Notes: generated from the letters alone by a model not told the origin. A stretch of 64,000 bases of DNA from Octopus sinensis (GCF_006345805.1 NC_043010.1:15004001-15068000); one strand, 5' to 3'. Shown: positions 1 through 11,215, counted from the stretch's first letter. Program-made: numbers and translations.

Positions 1-19
1 GCTACAATTAAAACATCAA

Positions 20-169
20 AAACGAAAAGGAAGAGGAGGAAGGGGAAGAGGCGGGATGATGACGACGACGACGAGGTCGTAGAGGAAGAAGATGAGGAAA
101 GGGAAGACGACGACGACGAGGAAGAAGAAGAAGAAGAAGAAGAAGAAGAGAGAGGAGATGAAGGAGAAA

Positions 170-224
<55 letters not shown>

Positions 225-660
225 TAATAATAATAAGAGGAAGAAGAAGAAGAAGAAGAAGAAGAAGAAGAAGAAGAAGAAGAAGAAGAAACAGAAGAAG
301 AAAGAAGGAGGAAGCGAAAGAGAGGGGGAGAGAAGAAGAAACAGAAGTAGAAGGAGGGGAGAGGAAGAAGAAGAAGAAAAAGGGGAAGAATGAGGAGCAG
401 GAGGAAAAGAAGAAGACGGTGATAACGAAAAGCTGTCGCAACAGTAACAACATTAGTAGCGAAAATAAGGAAAAGAAGAACAAGAACATCAACAACTACA
501 AAAACAATAACAACAAAAACAACAACAACAATAACAACAACAACAATAACAACAACAACAACAATAATAATACTAATAATAATAATAACAGTAATAGATA
601 ATACGAAGAAGGATGATGAGGAGGAGGAAGAAGAAGAGAAGAAGATGGATAAGAAGTGTA
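20..660. repeat. Compound simple repeats (GAC)n/(GAA)n/(AAT)n/(AAC)n
   Basis: Directly visible trinucleotide runs; the poly-K/N/R/L/S ORFs here are artefacts of them. Confidence 0.95.
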
Positions 661-792
661 ACCTTAGCAATGACAGTGAAGGTAGCGTCATTTGCAGTAT
701 TAGCTTCAACAACGACAAGCACAACAGCAATAGCAAAAAGAACATGTAAAATTAGAAATAAATATAAGAACGACAAAAAAAAAGCGAAAATG

Positions 793-1331
793 TAACGTTA
801 CAAGGTTAAGAATGTTTTAAAACCGAAAGTGAAAGTAAAAATTGATTGTACGAACGCTAAAGTTATGTTGTGGGAGTGAATGAGTTGAAATTCATAATTA
901 ACTGAACTGCTTCATGTTCAACCGGAAGTCAGTGAAAGGTATTTTAAAGGGTGACCTTTTTTTTTTTTGACATAGTAAAACATAAAGGGAAAGTTGTAAT
1001 GATTAACCAGAATCAAGCTTGATGCACACACGCACACGTTTGATTGTTGTAGTTTGCGACTGTGACTATTGTGATTGATAATGGCGGTGGCTAATCCACG
1101 CTGGTGGTGGTTGTGTGGGGGGAAAGATATTAACGGTGTAGTGATGGTAGGATTGTTGCGATGATGACTGTGTGGGAGTAATGGCGGCGATAGGGAATTC
1201 AGTGTTGCTGTAACATGTTAGAGTGCATGGACACTGAGAAGGACCACATTAAATAACTGAATTTCATATTCAAATTAATTGATTTGTGAGGGCGAAAAAG
1301 AGGGAGGTATGTGTGTGAGAGAGAGATAGGA

Positions 1332-1370
<39 letters not shown>

Positions 1371-1438
1371 AGAGAGCAGAGTTGGGAGACCGAGATATAT
1401 ACATATATATATATATAGAGAGAGAGCAGAGTTGGGAG

Positions 1439-1478
<40 letters not shown>

Positions 1479-1504
1479 AGAGAGAGCAGAGTTGGGAGAC
1501 CGAG

Positions 1505-1539
<35 letters not shown>

Positions 1540-1557
1540 CAGAGTTGGGAGACCGAG

Positions 1558-1593
<36 letters not shown>

Positions 1594-1619
1594 CAGAGTT
1601 GGGAGACTGATATATATAT

Positions 1620-1656
<37 letters not shown>

Positions 1657-1674
1657 CAGAGTTGGGAGACTGAG

Positions 1675-1708
<34 letters not shown>

Positions 1709-2193
1709 CAGAGTTGGGAGACCGAGAGATATAGAGAAAGGGATGTAAAGGAAAATACGAAAGAATTGTTGCAGTTTAGCTTCATTTAGCCTTGGTCGAA
1801 CAGGTTCATAGCAGGAGACAATTATGTACGATGGACATATCTAGTATTTTAGTTCCAATTTTATCATGGTACTACTTACCGGAGAACAACTCTATACTTT
1901 ATCACATATGTTAGTTTAAGGAATGGATGGAAGTGTGCTAGTGTGGGCACAATACAATTCATTCGTTGTTTGGTCATTTTATGAAGACTGGAAAGATGTT
2001 ACAGTGGTCAATGAAGAGATGGACAAGATAGAATCAGTTGGAGTGAGACTATGGAGATAATGTGCATTTCAACTAATTATGAATTTTAACTCATTCACTA
2101 CCACTAACAGTTCCACAACATAACTTTAGCTTTCATACAATCAATTTTTACTTTCACTTTCGGTTTTAAAATATTTTTAACCTCGTAACATTA
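793..2193. mobile_element. 1.4-kb segment bounded by ~120-bp imperfect inverted repeats (old MITE/foldback-like element)
   Basis: 793-910 (TAACGTTACAAGGTTAAGAATGTTTTAAAACCGAAAGTGAAAGTAAAAATTGATTG...) is the reverse complement of 2064-2193, with a ~11-nt indel. Confidence 0.6.
1374..1726. repeat. Compound minisatellite: 7 copies of GAGCAGAGTTGGGAGACYGA separated by variable (TA)n(GA)n
   Basis: Core at about 1374, 1424, 1484, 1537, 1591, 1654 and 1706. Confidence 0.95.
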
Positions 2194-2399
2194 TCAGTAG
2201 AAAAATGTCGAATCTAACTGTATCCCTCCACTTCACACACAGGACCGATCCATCCACGCTATACTGCATTATTATAACGCACTGTAAAGAAGCATTTTCA
2301 AACTAAATGGAAAGCGTGCACAAAATACGAAACACAGCAAATGACAGATGACCTGGTTTTAGTAAGACTATCTCATCCAATATACTTTCTGTCAAAGAT

Positions 2400-2790
2400 A
2401 GACAACAAAGCAATATTCTATGAGCCGTATATATCTTTGTACGCTAATTAAAAATTATGTAAAAATTATTTACAACTTGAAATCTCAAACACTCAATTAT
2501 CACCGAAATATTAGAACTAGGCATACGTCAAAGCAATTATAAGGATGCAATTTCGGCAATATTATGTATCTCTCACTTAATAGCAAATATCTAAGGACAA
2601 TATTTATGTATAGCGGGGCTAAGATCACACGCGAAAACAGTATTGTAAAGAACTATCTAGAGCCATCGAAAAACAAATCAAAAGTGGACATACATTAACA
2701 TACTCACATGTTCCATTTAAAAGATAATATAGATGCCACCGCTTTATCAGAACTCATGTGGGAACTGCAGGGAACTAGCAGAAACAAATC
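2400..2790 (+). pseudogene. Highly degenerate Penelope-like element (linker/GIY-YIG endonuclease region)
   Basis: Translates as GCNFGNIMYLSLNSKYLRTIFMYSGAKITRENSIVKNYL...HMFHLKDNIDATALSELMWELQ, resembling the PLE pattern CNC..CPLNGKCL..IVY.A...YIG...H..SF....T.LS.YIW.LK. Confidence 0.55.
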
Positions 2791-3322
2791 TAGTAATGTA
2801 TTTCCTGGTTTAATTCATAATCGGTTTGTGTGTGCATGCGCGCTTGTGTGCGTGTATGTACATGTCTGTGTGCATATGCGTATATGTGTGTATGTGCGTG
2901 TGTGCCTTTATAGAAATACGTCGACGCTTTAATGTAGGATACAATGTATACGTTGTGTACGATTATTTGTGATCTAGGCACATGGTAAACGCCAACAATT
3001 CCGATGGAAGAGGATTATTCCGTACAATCCACCCTGGTTTTTGAATGCTACTTTATTTTATAGAACAGAAAAGGATACAAGATAAAGTAAATTACGGGGG
3101 AATTTGAATTTGGATTATACCGTAAAGATACGGAGCAAACATCGCTAAGCAGTTTATAACACTTCTGTAAATCCACACAAATATACAGAAAAATGAGTGA
3201 TACGAAAATTGGAATTCATAGTAAGGATGTAAGAAGCAACATGATACACACATACATACAGACACATAGATATAAGCACACACATATACATGCATAAAGT
3301 TATACATACATACATATATATA

Positions 3323-4022
3323 CAGGGTGATTGAAAAGTAACTACCTATTTTAAAATACTTATAATTTATGTATTAACTATGATTTTAAAAAAAAACGAA
3401 TATGTAAAGAGAGTGTATAGCATGGAATTTTATTTAAAATTTGATATAGGCATCAGCATTCACCACCAGCTTCTGAAACCGCCTGGGAACCACATCAACT
3501 GATTTCATCAGGAACTCTTCTGGAATGAAAGACATAACGTTTCGTATTCACCCTTCAAGTTCTTCCAAAGCCATTGGTTTGGTTGAGAAGACTTCCTCCT
3601 TCAACCAACCCCAACGAAAACAGTCACAGGGTGTTAAATCAGGGCTTCTGGCCTGCCAGTCATGCGGACCTGATGAATTGGAAGGACGACCACTTCAAGT
3701 ATCGGCCACAAATCCTGTAGTCATGAATTTTGCATGACAATTCTTGATTATCTTTTTGCATCAACTTGAGCATGTCTTCTTCTAATAGTCCTCCACCATC
3801 TTTGCACTTGAACAACTGATCTCCAAACTTCGTAATGTGCAGCTAGCTGGGCACGCTACTGCACAGTAAAACATCCAGCCATGTTTGTAGGGCTTAAAAT
3901 TCAAAGAAAATAATCAATCTGAAAAAAAAAAAAGATGGAATCAACAAATTTGAGAAAAAAATTATAGTTAATAAATAAATTATAAGCATTTTAAAATAGG
4001 GAGTTACTTTCCAATCACCCTG
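3323..4022 (-). mobile_element. Non-autonomous Tc1/mariner-superfamily element (700 bp) with transposase C-terminal remnant
   Basis: TIRs CAGGGTGATTGAAAAGTAACT...AGTTACTTTCCAATCACCCTG, preceded by TA; minus strand reads DWQARSPDLTPCDCFRWGWLKEEVF (WPxxSPDLxPxD motif). Confidence 0.9.
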
Positions 4023-4106
4023 TGTATATATGATATATATATATATGTATGTATGTATATATGTATCTATGTATAACCGTTGCTGTGTGGTAAGAAGGTT
4101 GCTTCC

Positions 4107-4943
4107 GGTTGCCCAGGATTAATTTTGTTTGTTGTTTTTGAGCGAGACGGACGTGTCTTTTGGCTGTGCTTGTTCCTTTATTATTTTTTTTGCGGTGCGA
4201 CGTTTTCCCTTTGGTTTGATGGAGAGGCGTCGTCTGATGTGTTGTGAGGATTTGAATTGTCCTTCTTCAGAATTTGTGTCGTCTGCGAAAGAAATGGCGA
4301 AATGTTTGAATAAGATTGATTCAACAATAGAAATAAGGAATTATGTTGTAGTGGCAAATGGAAAAATTGAAGACATAAGTCTGGAAGTGCTGAGCAAGTT
4401 CAATGAAATACTTAAAATGAAGGGGACCGACGTGAAAATGTTCTCCTCAAAGAAGGGAGGATTCCGCGGTCTTATAATGTGGCCTGAAAGGCCACATTAG
4501 AGCGGATTGTACTCCACCAAGAGAGTGAGAAAGTGGTTGCCGTTGTAGGCTCTTTTGTGGCACCCGATCCTAGCGGGGGTGAGATTTGGACTGTTATCCT
4601 CGTTGTGAGGGGAAAAAAATATTATAGGTCTTTCCGTTTTGGGGGATACCGTATTTTTATTATTGTGTGAAAAAATTTAATTTTGAGTTAAAGAGCAGAC
4701 ATTTTCTGAAAAAAAGTGGAAATTAACTGTCACAAAGGCGTTATCAATGGTAATTTAAATTAATGTTTTAAAAAGACGAGTTGTATTAACAGGTTCAATG
4801 ATGTCGCTCGAAGGTGGGCGCCGAACGGCTTCATTCCATTTTCTCATTATATTCAATTCATCTTTTCCATTCGTTTTTTTTTGTCCCCACCTTGTGCTGT
4901 CCCCTCTATGTATGGCCTTCATGGCCAATTTTATGAGATAAAT
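4107..4943 (+). mobile_element. Probable internally deleted L1/Tx1-like non-LTR element inserted in a SINE-A head
   Basis: Flanked by degenerate direct repeat AAGGTTGCTTCC/AAGCTTGCGTCC with SINE-A head sequence on both sides; ORF1-like stretch 4219-4500; pyrimidine-rich 3' UTR ending near AAATAA. Confidence 0.45.
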
Positions 4944-5146
4944 AAGCTTGCGTCCTGACCACGTGGTTCAGGGTCCCGTTCCACTGAGTAGCAACACTTT
5001 TTATGGAAACAAAAGTGGTCAAATGTAATTGAGACAGAGATAAAGAAACATTGATCATAGAACAAACATCAAATTCGAGTCAACGACTTTATATATAACA
5101 CCATACCTTTTGATCATATATAAATATTACTATAAATAATACTATA

Positions 5147-5540
5147 GGCGCAGGAGTAGCTGTGTGGTAAGTAGCTTGCTTACCAACCACATGGCTCCGG
5201 GTTCAGTCCCACTGCGTGGCACCTTGGGCAAATGTCCTCTACTATAGCCTCGGGCCGACCAAAGCCTTGTGAGTGGATTTGGTAGACGGAAACTGAAAGA
5301 AGCCCGTTGTATGTATGTATATATATATGTGTGTGTGTGTGTCTGTGTTTTGTCCCCCCAACATTGCTTGGCAACCGATGTTGGTGTGTTTATGTCCCCG
5401 TAACTTAGCGGTTCGGCAAAAGAGACCGATAGAATAAGTACTGGGCTTACAAAGAATAAGTCCTGGGGTCGAATTGTTCGACTAAAGGCGGTGCTCCAGC
5501 ATGGCCACAGTCAAATGACTGAAACCAGTAAAAGAGTAAA
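5147..5540 (+). mobile_element. SINE-A, full length (tRNA-like head, CORE-like segment, internal (TA)/(TG) tract)
   Basis: GGCGCAGGAGTAGCTGTGTGGTAAG...GGTTCAGTCCC (A/B boxes) and CCTTGGGCAA core; many copies in the window. Confidence 0.9.
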
Positions 5541-5861
5541 TAGTTCTTTAACATATAGAAAGATACATATACAAAGAACACAGAAGGTAAAAATATATAC
5601 GCGAATAAAATTACAAATATATAGAACGACCTATCAAAAAGGTAAATACAATCGACAAAAAATTCTAAAGTGTGTTCTGGTACAAAAAAAAAACAAAATA
5701 AACTAAAATGAAATAAATTATCAATCGACTTACATTTTTTTTTTACTCCCCTCACAAAAAAATGAGTAGGTCCCAAAAGTTCAATTCCTAAAACCGTGAT
5801 AGGAGCAAAAAGTGTTTCACAAAATCAAGTCAAACACACACAAACATGTGTGGGGGGGGGG

Positions 5862-6089
5862 TGTATGTGTGTGTGTGTGTCATTGTGTCTTTGTGTTTGT
5901 TCCCTCACTATCGCTTGACAAGCGATGTTGGTGTGTTTATGTCCCCGAAACTTAGCGGTTCGGCAAAAAGGCCCATTGAATAAGTTCTAGGCTTACAAGG
6001 AATGTTCTGGGGGTTGATTTGTTCGACTAAAGGTGGTGCTCCAGCATGGCTGCACTCAGATGTCTGAAACGTGTAAAAAAATAAAAGAA
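5862..6089 (+). mobile_element. SINE-A 3' half
   Basis: Homologous to 5330-5540. Confidence 0.85.
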
Positions 6090-6494
6090 TTATCCACTAT
6101 ACATACATACACACACACATACGTGTGGTCGTGTGTGTATATAATCGCGCATCTGTGTCAATATACACACACTCTCATAAGCACTCACATTTACCCTTAT
6201 ATAATCTTATAGCGTCGATTTCGCACTCTAAGTTTGATAAAAGTGTTGAAAACTAGTAAGGAGCGAACCAAATGACTAAATCTAACGAAGTACCATGCTG
6301 GTTATGGTCTCCAGCCAAACTAGTAATGTATTGTCTTCTTGTCTTCAGGTAATTAATTCATATACTTTAAAACACACTGGTTATTTCATGTATATATATA
6401 TATATAAATATAGAAACACACACACACGCACGCACACACACTCATACTCACACATACCTATATATATGTGTGTGTGTGTGTGCGTGTATGTAGG

Positions 6495-6536
<42 letters not shown>

Positions 6537-6650
6537 TTTATGTATGTATGTATGGTGTCTGTGTGTATGAAGTGACGTATTAATACACAGACACACATAC
6601 CTATATATATATATCTATATATATGTGTGTGTATGATATATATATATATA

Positions 6651-6734
<84 letters not shown>

Positions 6735-7152
6735 TGTTTGTGTGTAAGTAATGACGTATAAATACAAACACACAAAACCCACACAGAGACAAACACACAC
6801 CACCTACATAGAAATGTTATTTAATAGTCTTTAAAGATTATGAGTTCATTTTTTATAAGTTATTTCGGTCTTACATTTACATCAAATACCCTCTTAGCTA
6901 CAAATAAACATATTCATACACACGCAGAAACGGAAACACCAACCCCCGCACACCTACACCCACTGAAATATATGGATGTATATAAACGCATATATATGTT
7001 TGTATATGTACATGCGGACACATATGTATATGAATATCTATAACTAAATATACTTACACGTACATTCTTATACTCATACATTGAGTTCTATTTTTCTTGT
7101 TTGCAACAAGATAGCAGTATGTTTGTGTATATTCTTTTCTTTTTTTCTTATT

Positions 7153-7310
7153 CTTTTACTTGTTTCAGTCATTTGACTGCGGCCATGCTGGAGCACAGCC
7201 TTTAATCGAGCAACTCGACCCTGGGACTTATTCTTTGTAAGCCCAGTACGTATTCTATCGGTCTCTTTTGCCGAACCGCTATGTCACGGGGACATAAACA
7301 CACGGGGACA
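7153..7310 (-). mobile_element. SINE-A 3' fragment
   Basis: TTTTACTTGTTTCAGTCATTTGACTGCGGCCATGCTGGAGCAC... Confidence 0.85.
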
Positions 7311-7756
7311 TATATATATATATACAGACACATATATATGTTCTAGAACAGAAAAAATGAAATGTCCCATCAAAAGAATTCATCTCACGCTGCTCTGCGA
7401 TGACTTTGACACCTGGCGTGTGGTGCAATGTGCACCTGCACAAAGAAAGTCAAATTGTTGGAAGAAGTGAGCTATATATATATCTATATATATATATATA
7501 TATATATATATTCATGTTTGTGTGTGCTGTGCTTGTGTGTATAAGACATATTACTGAAAGAATATCCGTCTTAAATGAACTAGAAAGTAAGATTATTGAT
7601 ATGAAAATATATACCATTTCATAACGTAGACAGGGAACCGTGTTTCGATTAATGATACAAATTCATCAGCGAAACAAAGAAAGAAAAGCTGAGATAACTA
7701 TCAAAATATGTATCTTGTTTATACTAATCTGACATCTATTTAAATATTCTTTCCTT

Positions 7757-8331
7757 TTCTTCTCTAGGCACATTTTATTTTCTTGGTTGGAGGACAGTCG
7801 ATTAGATCGACCCCAGTACGCAACTGGTACTTAATTTATCGACCTCGAAAGGATGTGCAGCAAAGTCGACCTCGGCGGAATTTGAACTCAGAAGGTAAAG
7901 GCAGACAAAATACCTATTTCTTTACTACCCGTATGGGGCTAAACACAGAGAGGACAAACAAGGACAGACAAACGGATTAAGTCGATTACATCGACTCCAG
8001 TGCGTAACTGGTACTTAATTTATCGACCCCGAAAGGATGAAAGGCAAAGTCGACCTCGGTGGAATTTGAACTCAGAACGCAGCGGCGGACGAAATACCTA
8101 TTTCTTTATTACGCACAAGGGGCTAAACATAGAGGAGACAAACAAGGACATACATAGGTATTAAGTCGATTACATCGACCCCAGTGCGTAACTGGTACTT
8201 AATTTATCGACCCCGAAAGGATGAAAGGGAAAGTCGACCTTGGTGGAATTTGAACTCAGAACATAACGGCAGACGAAATACCGCCAAGCATTTCGCCCGG
8301 CGTGCTAACGATTCTGCCAGTTCGCCGCCTT
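7757..8331 (-). mobile_element. SINE-C, one head plus three tandem ~183-nt bodies
   Basis: CCCGAAAGGATGAAAGGCAAAGTCGACCTCGG block recurs at ~7845, ~8028 and ~8212; head GGCGGCGAACTGGCAGAA at 8330. Confidence 0.9.
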
Positions 8332-8446
8332 CATATATTTAAATATTAACATATTAATATTCATAGAGTCTACAATATTTAGCGCTTATATTTTTGCATA
8401 CTGCACCCTTTTTAAATTACAACCAAGATTAGGTGCTTAGGTTATA

Positions 8447-9343
8447 CAGATAGATTGAAAAGTAACTCCCTATTTTGTCGATTACTTATCAATTACTTTC
8501 AAAAAATTTTTGTGTTTATTTTTCGAAGTACGAGAATTTAATCTGTAATCGTATTACTCCTGTCGTTCTTGAATGGCTAACTCACCATTTTTCTGGGAGA
8601 TGGGTCAGTCGTCGTGGCCAGCCAGGAATCCTGGCTTAACACCTTTTCATTGGGATTGGTTAAAGGAGCATGTCTTACTGTACCAAACCAAAGACTTTCG
8701 GAAAACTTGAAAGGCGAATACGAAAAGTTGTCTTCTTCCATCTCAAAAGAGTTTCTGGTGAAATCAGTTGATACAATTCCAGTGTGGAGGCGCAATGGCC
8801 CAGTGGTTAGGGCAGCGGACTCGCGGTCGTAGGATCGCGGTTTCGATTCCCAGACCGGGCGTTGTGAGTGTTTATTGAGCGAAAAACACCCTAAAGCTCC
8901 ACGACGCTCCGGCAGGGATGGTGGTGATCCTATGTGTACTCTTTCACCACAACTTTCTCTCACTCTTACTTCCTGTTTCTGTTGTACCTGTATTTCAAAG
9001 GGCCGGGCTTGTCACTCTCTGTGTCACGCTGAATATCCCCGAGAACTGCGTTAAGGGTACACGTGTCTGTGGAGTGCTCAGCCACTTACACGTTAATTTC
9101 ACGAGCAGGCTGTTCCGTTGATTCGGATCAACCGGAACCCTCGTCGTCGTAACCGACGGAGTGCTTCCATCCGCAATTCCAGAGTGACTCAAGAAGCTGG
9201 TGGCGACATCTGGAGCCCATGTCGAATTTTAAATAAGACCTCATACTAAAAGCATTACCCTATATCCATTTTTTGGTAAAAATTACAATTTATATATAAC
9301 TTATAAGTATTTTCATATATGGAGTTAATTTTGAATCACTCAG
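8447..9343 (+). mobile_element. Older, diverged copy of the 3323-4022 Tc1/mariner element, interrupted by SINE-B
   Basis: Degenerate TIRs with TA on both sides; internal sequence homologous to the reverse complement of 3440-3680. Confidence 0.75.
8784..9173 (+). mobile_element. SINE-B, full length, TSD CAATTCCAG
   Basis: tRNA-like head GGAGGCGCAATGGCCCAGTGGTTAGGGCAGCGGACTCGCGGTC...GGTTTCGATTCCC; 9-bp direct repeats. Confidence 0.9.
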
Positions 9344-9689
9344 TATATTAGCAGGTTTTGTTTCTTTAGGTTTAGAAAGATAGTGTGAGTGTAGAAACTC
9401 TAATGCTTCTTGCCCGGAAGATTCACCAGCTGTGCAGTAACAATATTTACAGCGGTCGGTCTAATAACAACCTGAAAGCAACATTGCTAATTAAGTGACT
9501 GCACCCAATGTTGCATTTGATATGTTGTGTGTGTACAAATTATTTTTACGTTAATGAAGCCGTACTAGGAAATGAATAAAAGTGAAAAATAGCACCTTGA
9601 TTGGGGCAAATTTATATTAATTTTATTAGAAATATTCGTATTACTTACAGCGTGTTTAGTGCAAATCCATTCGGTATGTCGGAAGACAT

Positions 9690-9908
9690 ATGTATGTATG
9701 TAAGTATGTATGTATGTATGTATGTATGTATGTATGTATGTATGTATGTATGTATGCATGTATGTATGTATGTATGTATGTTTGTATGTATGCATCTATG
9801 TATGTATGTATGTATGCATGTATGTATGTATGTATGTATGCATGTATGCATGCATGCATGTATGTATGTATGTATGTATGTATGTATGTATGAATGTATG
9901 TATGTATA
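9690..9908. repeat. (TATG)n microsatellite
   Basis: Visible. Confidence 0.95.
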
Positions 9909-10467
9909 TAAGCAATCATATTTTTATAAATACGTAAATATATATCTATGTATAATACATATTACACACACACACACACGCAGACTCACATATGCACACA
10001 TACATACATACACGCACGCACACACAGACACACAGACACGTCAATGAATATACATTAAAACGTGGAAAAAAAGAGCTAAAATTACATACCGTAATATAAA
10101 CAGTAAAATATGGATACACGATACTTCAGTTTCTACGAAGAGTTAATATTGTTACGAATAATTAATATTGTTAGAAAGCCAACAGTTTTCACTGGAGGTT
10201 GTTCGTCGATTTTATCAACTCCTGAACAGAAAAGGTCACAGGAAATTTGACGTCGGTGGGATATAATATCAGAACGTAAAGAGCCGAGACAAATCCTGCG
10301 GGGCATTTTTATTCGATGCTCTACCCGTTGCTCTAACAAATAATAATAGATTATTTGTCACTTCACCGCAGATGTGATGCTGTTTTCATTGAGAACTCTG
10401 TTCTTCTTTCCTTGCAGAAAAGTAAAAAAATATGATTAAAGCGCCATATATATATATATATATATAG

Positions 10468-10494
<27 letters not shown>

Positions 10495-10498
<4 letters not shown>

Positions 10499-10630
10499 AT
10501 CCAAACAAGAAAGCACAAAAAACACAACAACGCGAAGACGTGGAACAAGTATAGTATTATTGGACGCTCAGGAAAGAAGGAAGAAGGAGGGTTTAACGTT
10601 TCGAGCGGAGCTCTTCGTCGGAAACATAGG
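10495..10630 (-). mobile_element. Short PLE-terminal-repeat-like element (family P2) with minimal hammerhead variant
   Basis: Minus strand GTTT-CCGACGA-A-GAGC-TCC-GCTC-GAAA-CG-TT-AAAC (10591-10625); follows a (TA)n tract; second copy at 54355. Confidence 0.65.
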
Positions 10631-10817
10631 GATGGGTGTATATTTATACATGTAAATATTCTTATATAAGTACACAAACATATCTTTCTATTTACATACA
10701 TACAATTTCTATGCATACATATAGTCTCCTAGATATATAAATATACACGCACACACACACACGCACTCACACACATACCTAAACACACACATATATATGT
10801 GACATTATTCTCTCTAT

Positions 10818-11215
10818 CTCTTTTACTTGTTTAAGTCATTTGACTGCGGCCATGCTGGAGCACCGCCTTTAATCGAGCAACTCGACACCGGGACTTATTC
10901 TTTTGTAAGCCCAGTACTTATTCTATCGGTCTTTTTTGCCGAACCGCTAAGTAATGGGGACATAAACACACCAGCATCGGTTGTCAAGCAATGCTAGGGG
11001 GACAAACACAGACACACAAACACACACACGCATATATATATACATATATATATACATATATACGACGGGCTTCTTTCAGTTTCCGTCTACCAAATCCACT
11101 CACAAAGCTTTGGTCGGCCCGAGGCAATAGTAGAAGACACTTGCCCAAGGTGCCACTGAACCCGGAACCATATGGTTGGTAACCAAGCTACTTAGCACAC
11201 AGCCACTCCTGCGCC
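10818..11215 (-). mobile_element. SINE-A, near full length
   Basis: Reverse complement of 5147-5540. Confidence 0.9.

Noticed and set aside
8-795. Long ORFs of 159-245 aa
   Set aside because: Translations of trinucleotide repeats, open on both strands; no domain content.
1374-1726. CRISPR array
   Set aside because: Spacers are only (TA)n(GA)n, there are no cas genes, and the context is eukaryotic.
7630-7672. Minus-strand CTGATGA...GAAA hammerhead candidate
   Set aside because: Stem II pairs poorly and no stem I can be formed; at best a decayed copy.
8786-8860. Functional tRNA genes at SINE heads (also 18109, 43040, 54807, 55193)
   Set aside because: They continue into SINE bodies, most with TSDs, and lack a proper acceptor stem; treated as SINE promoters.
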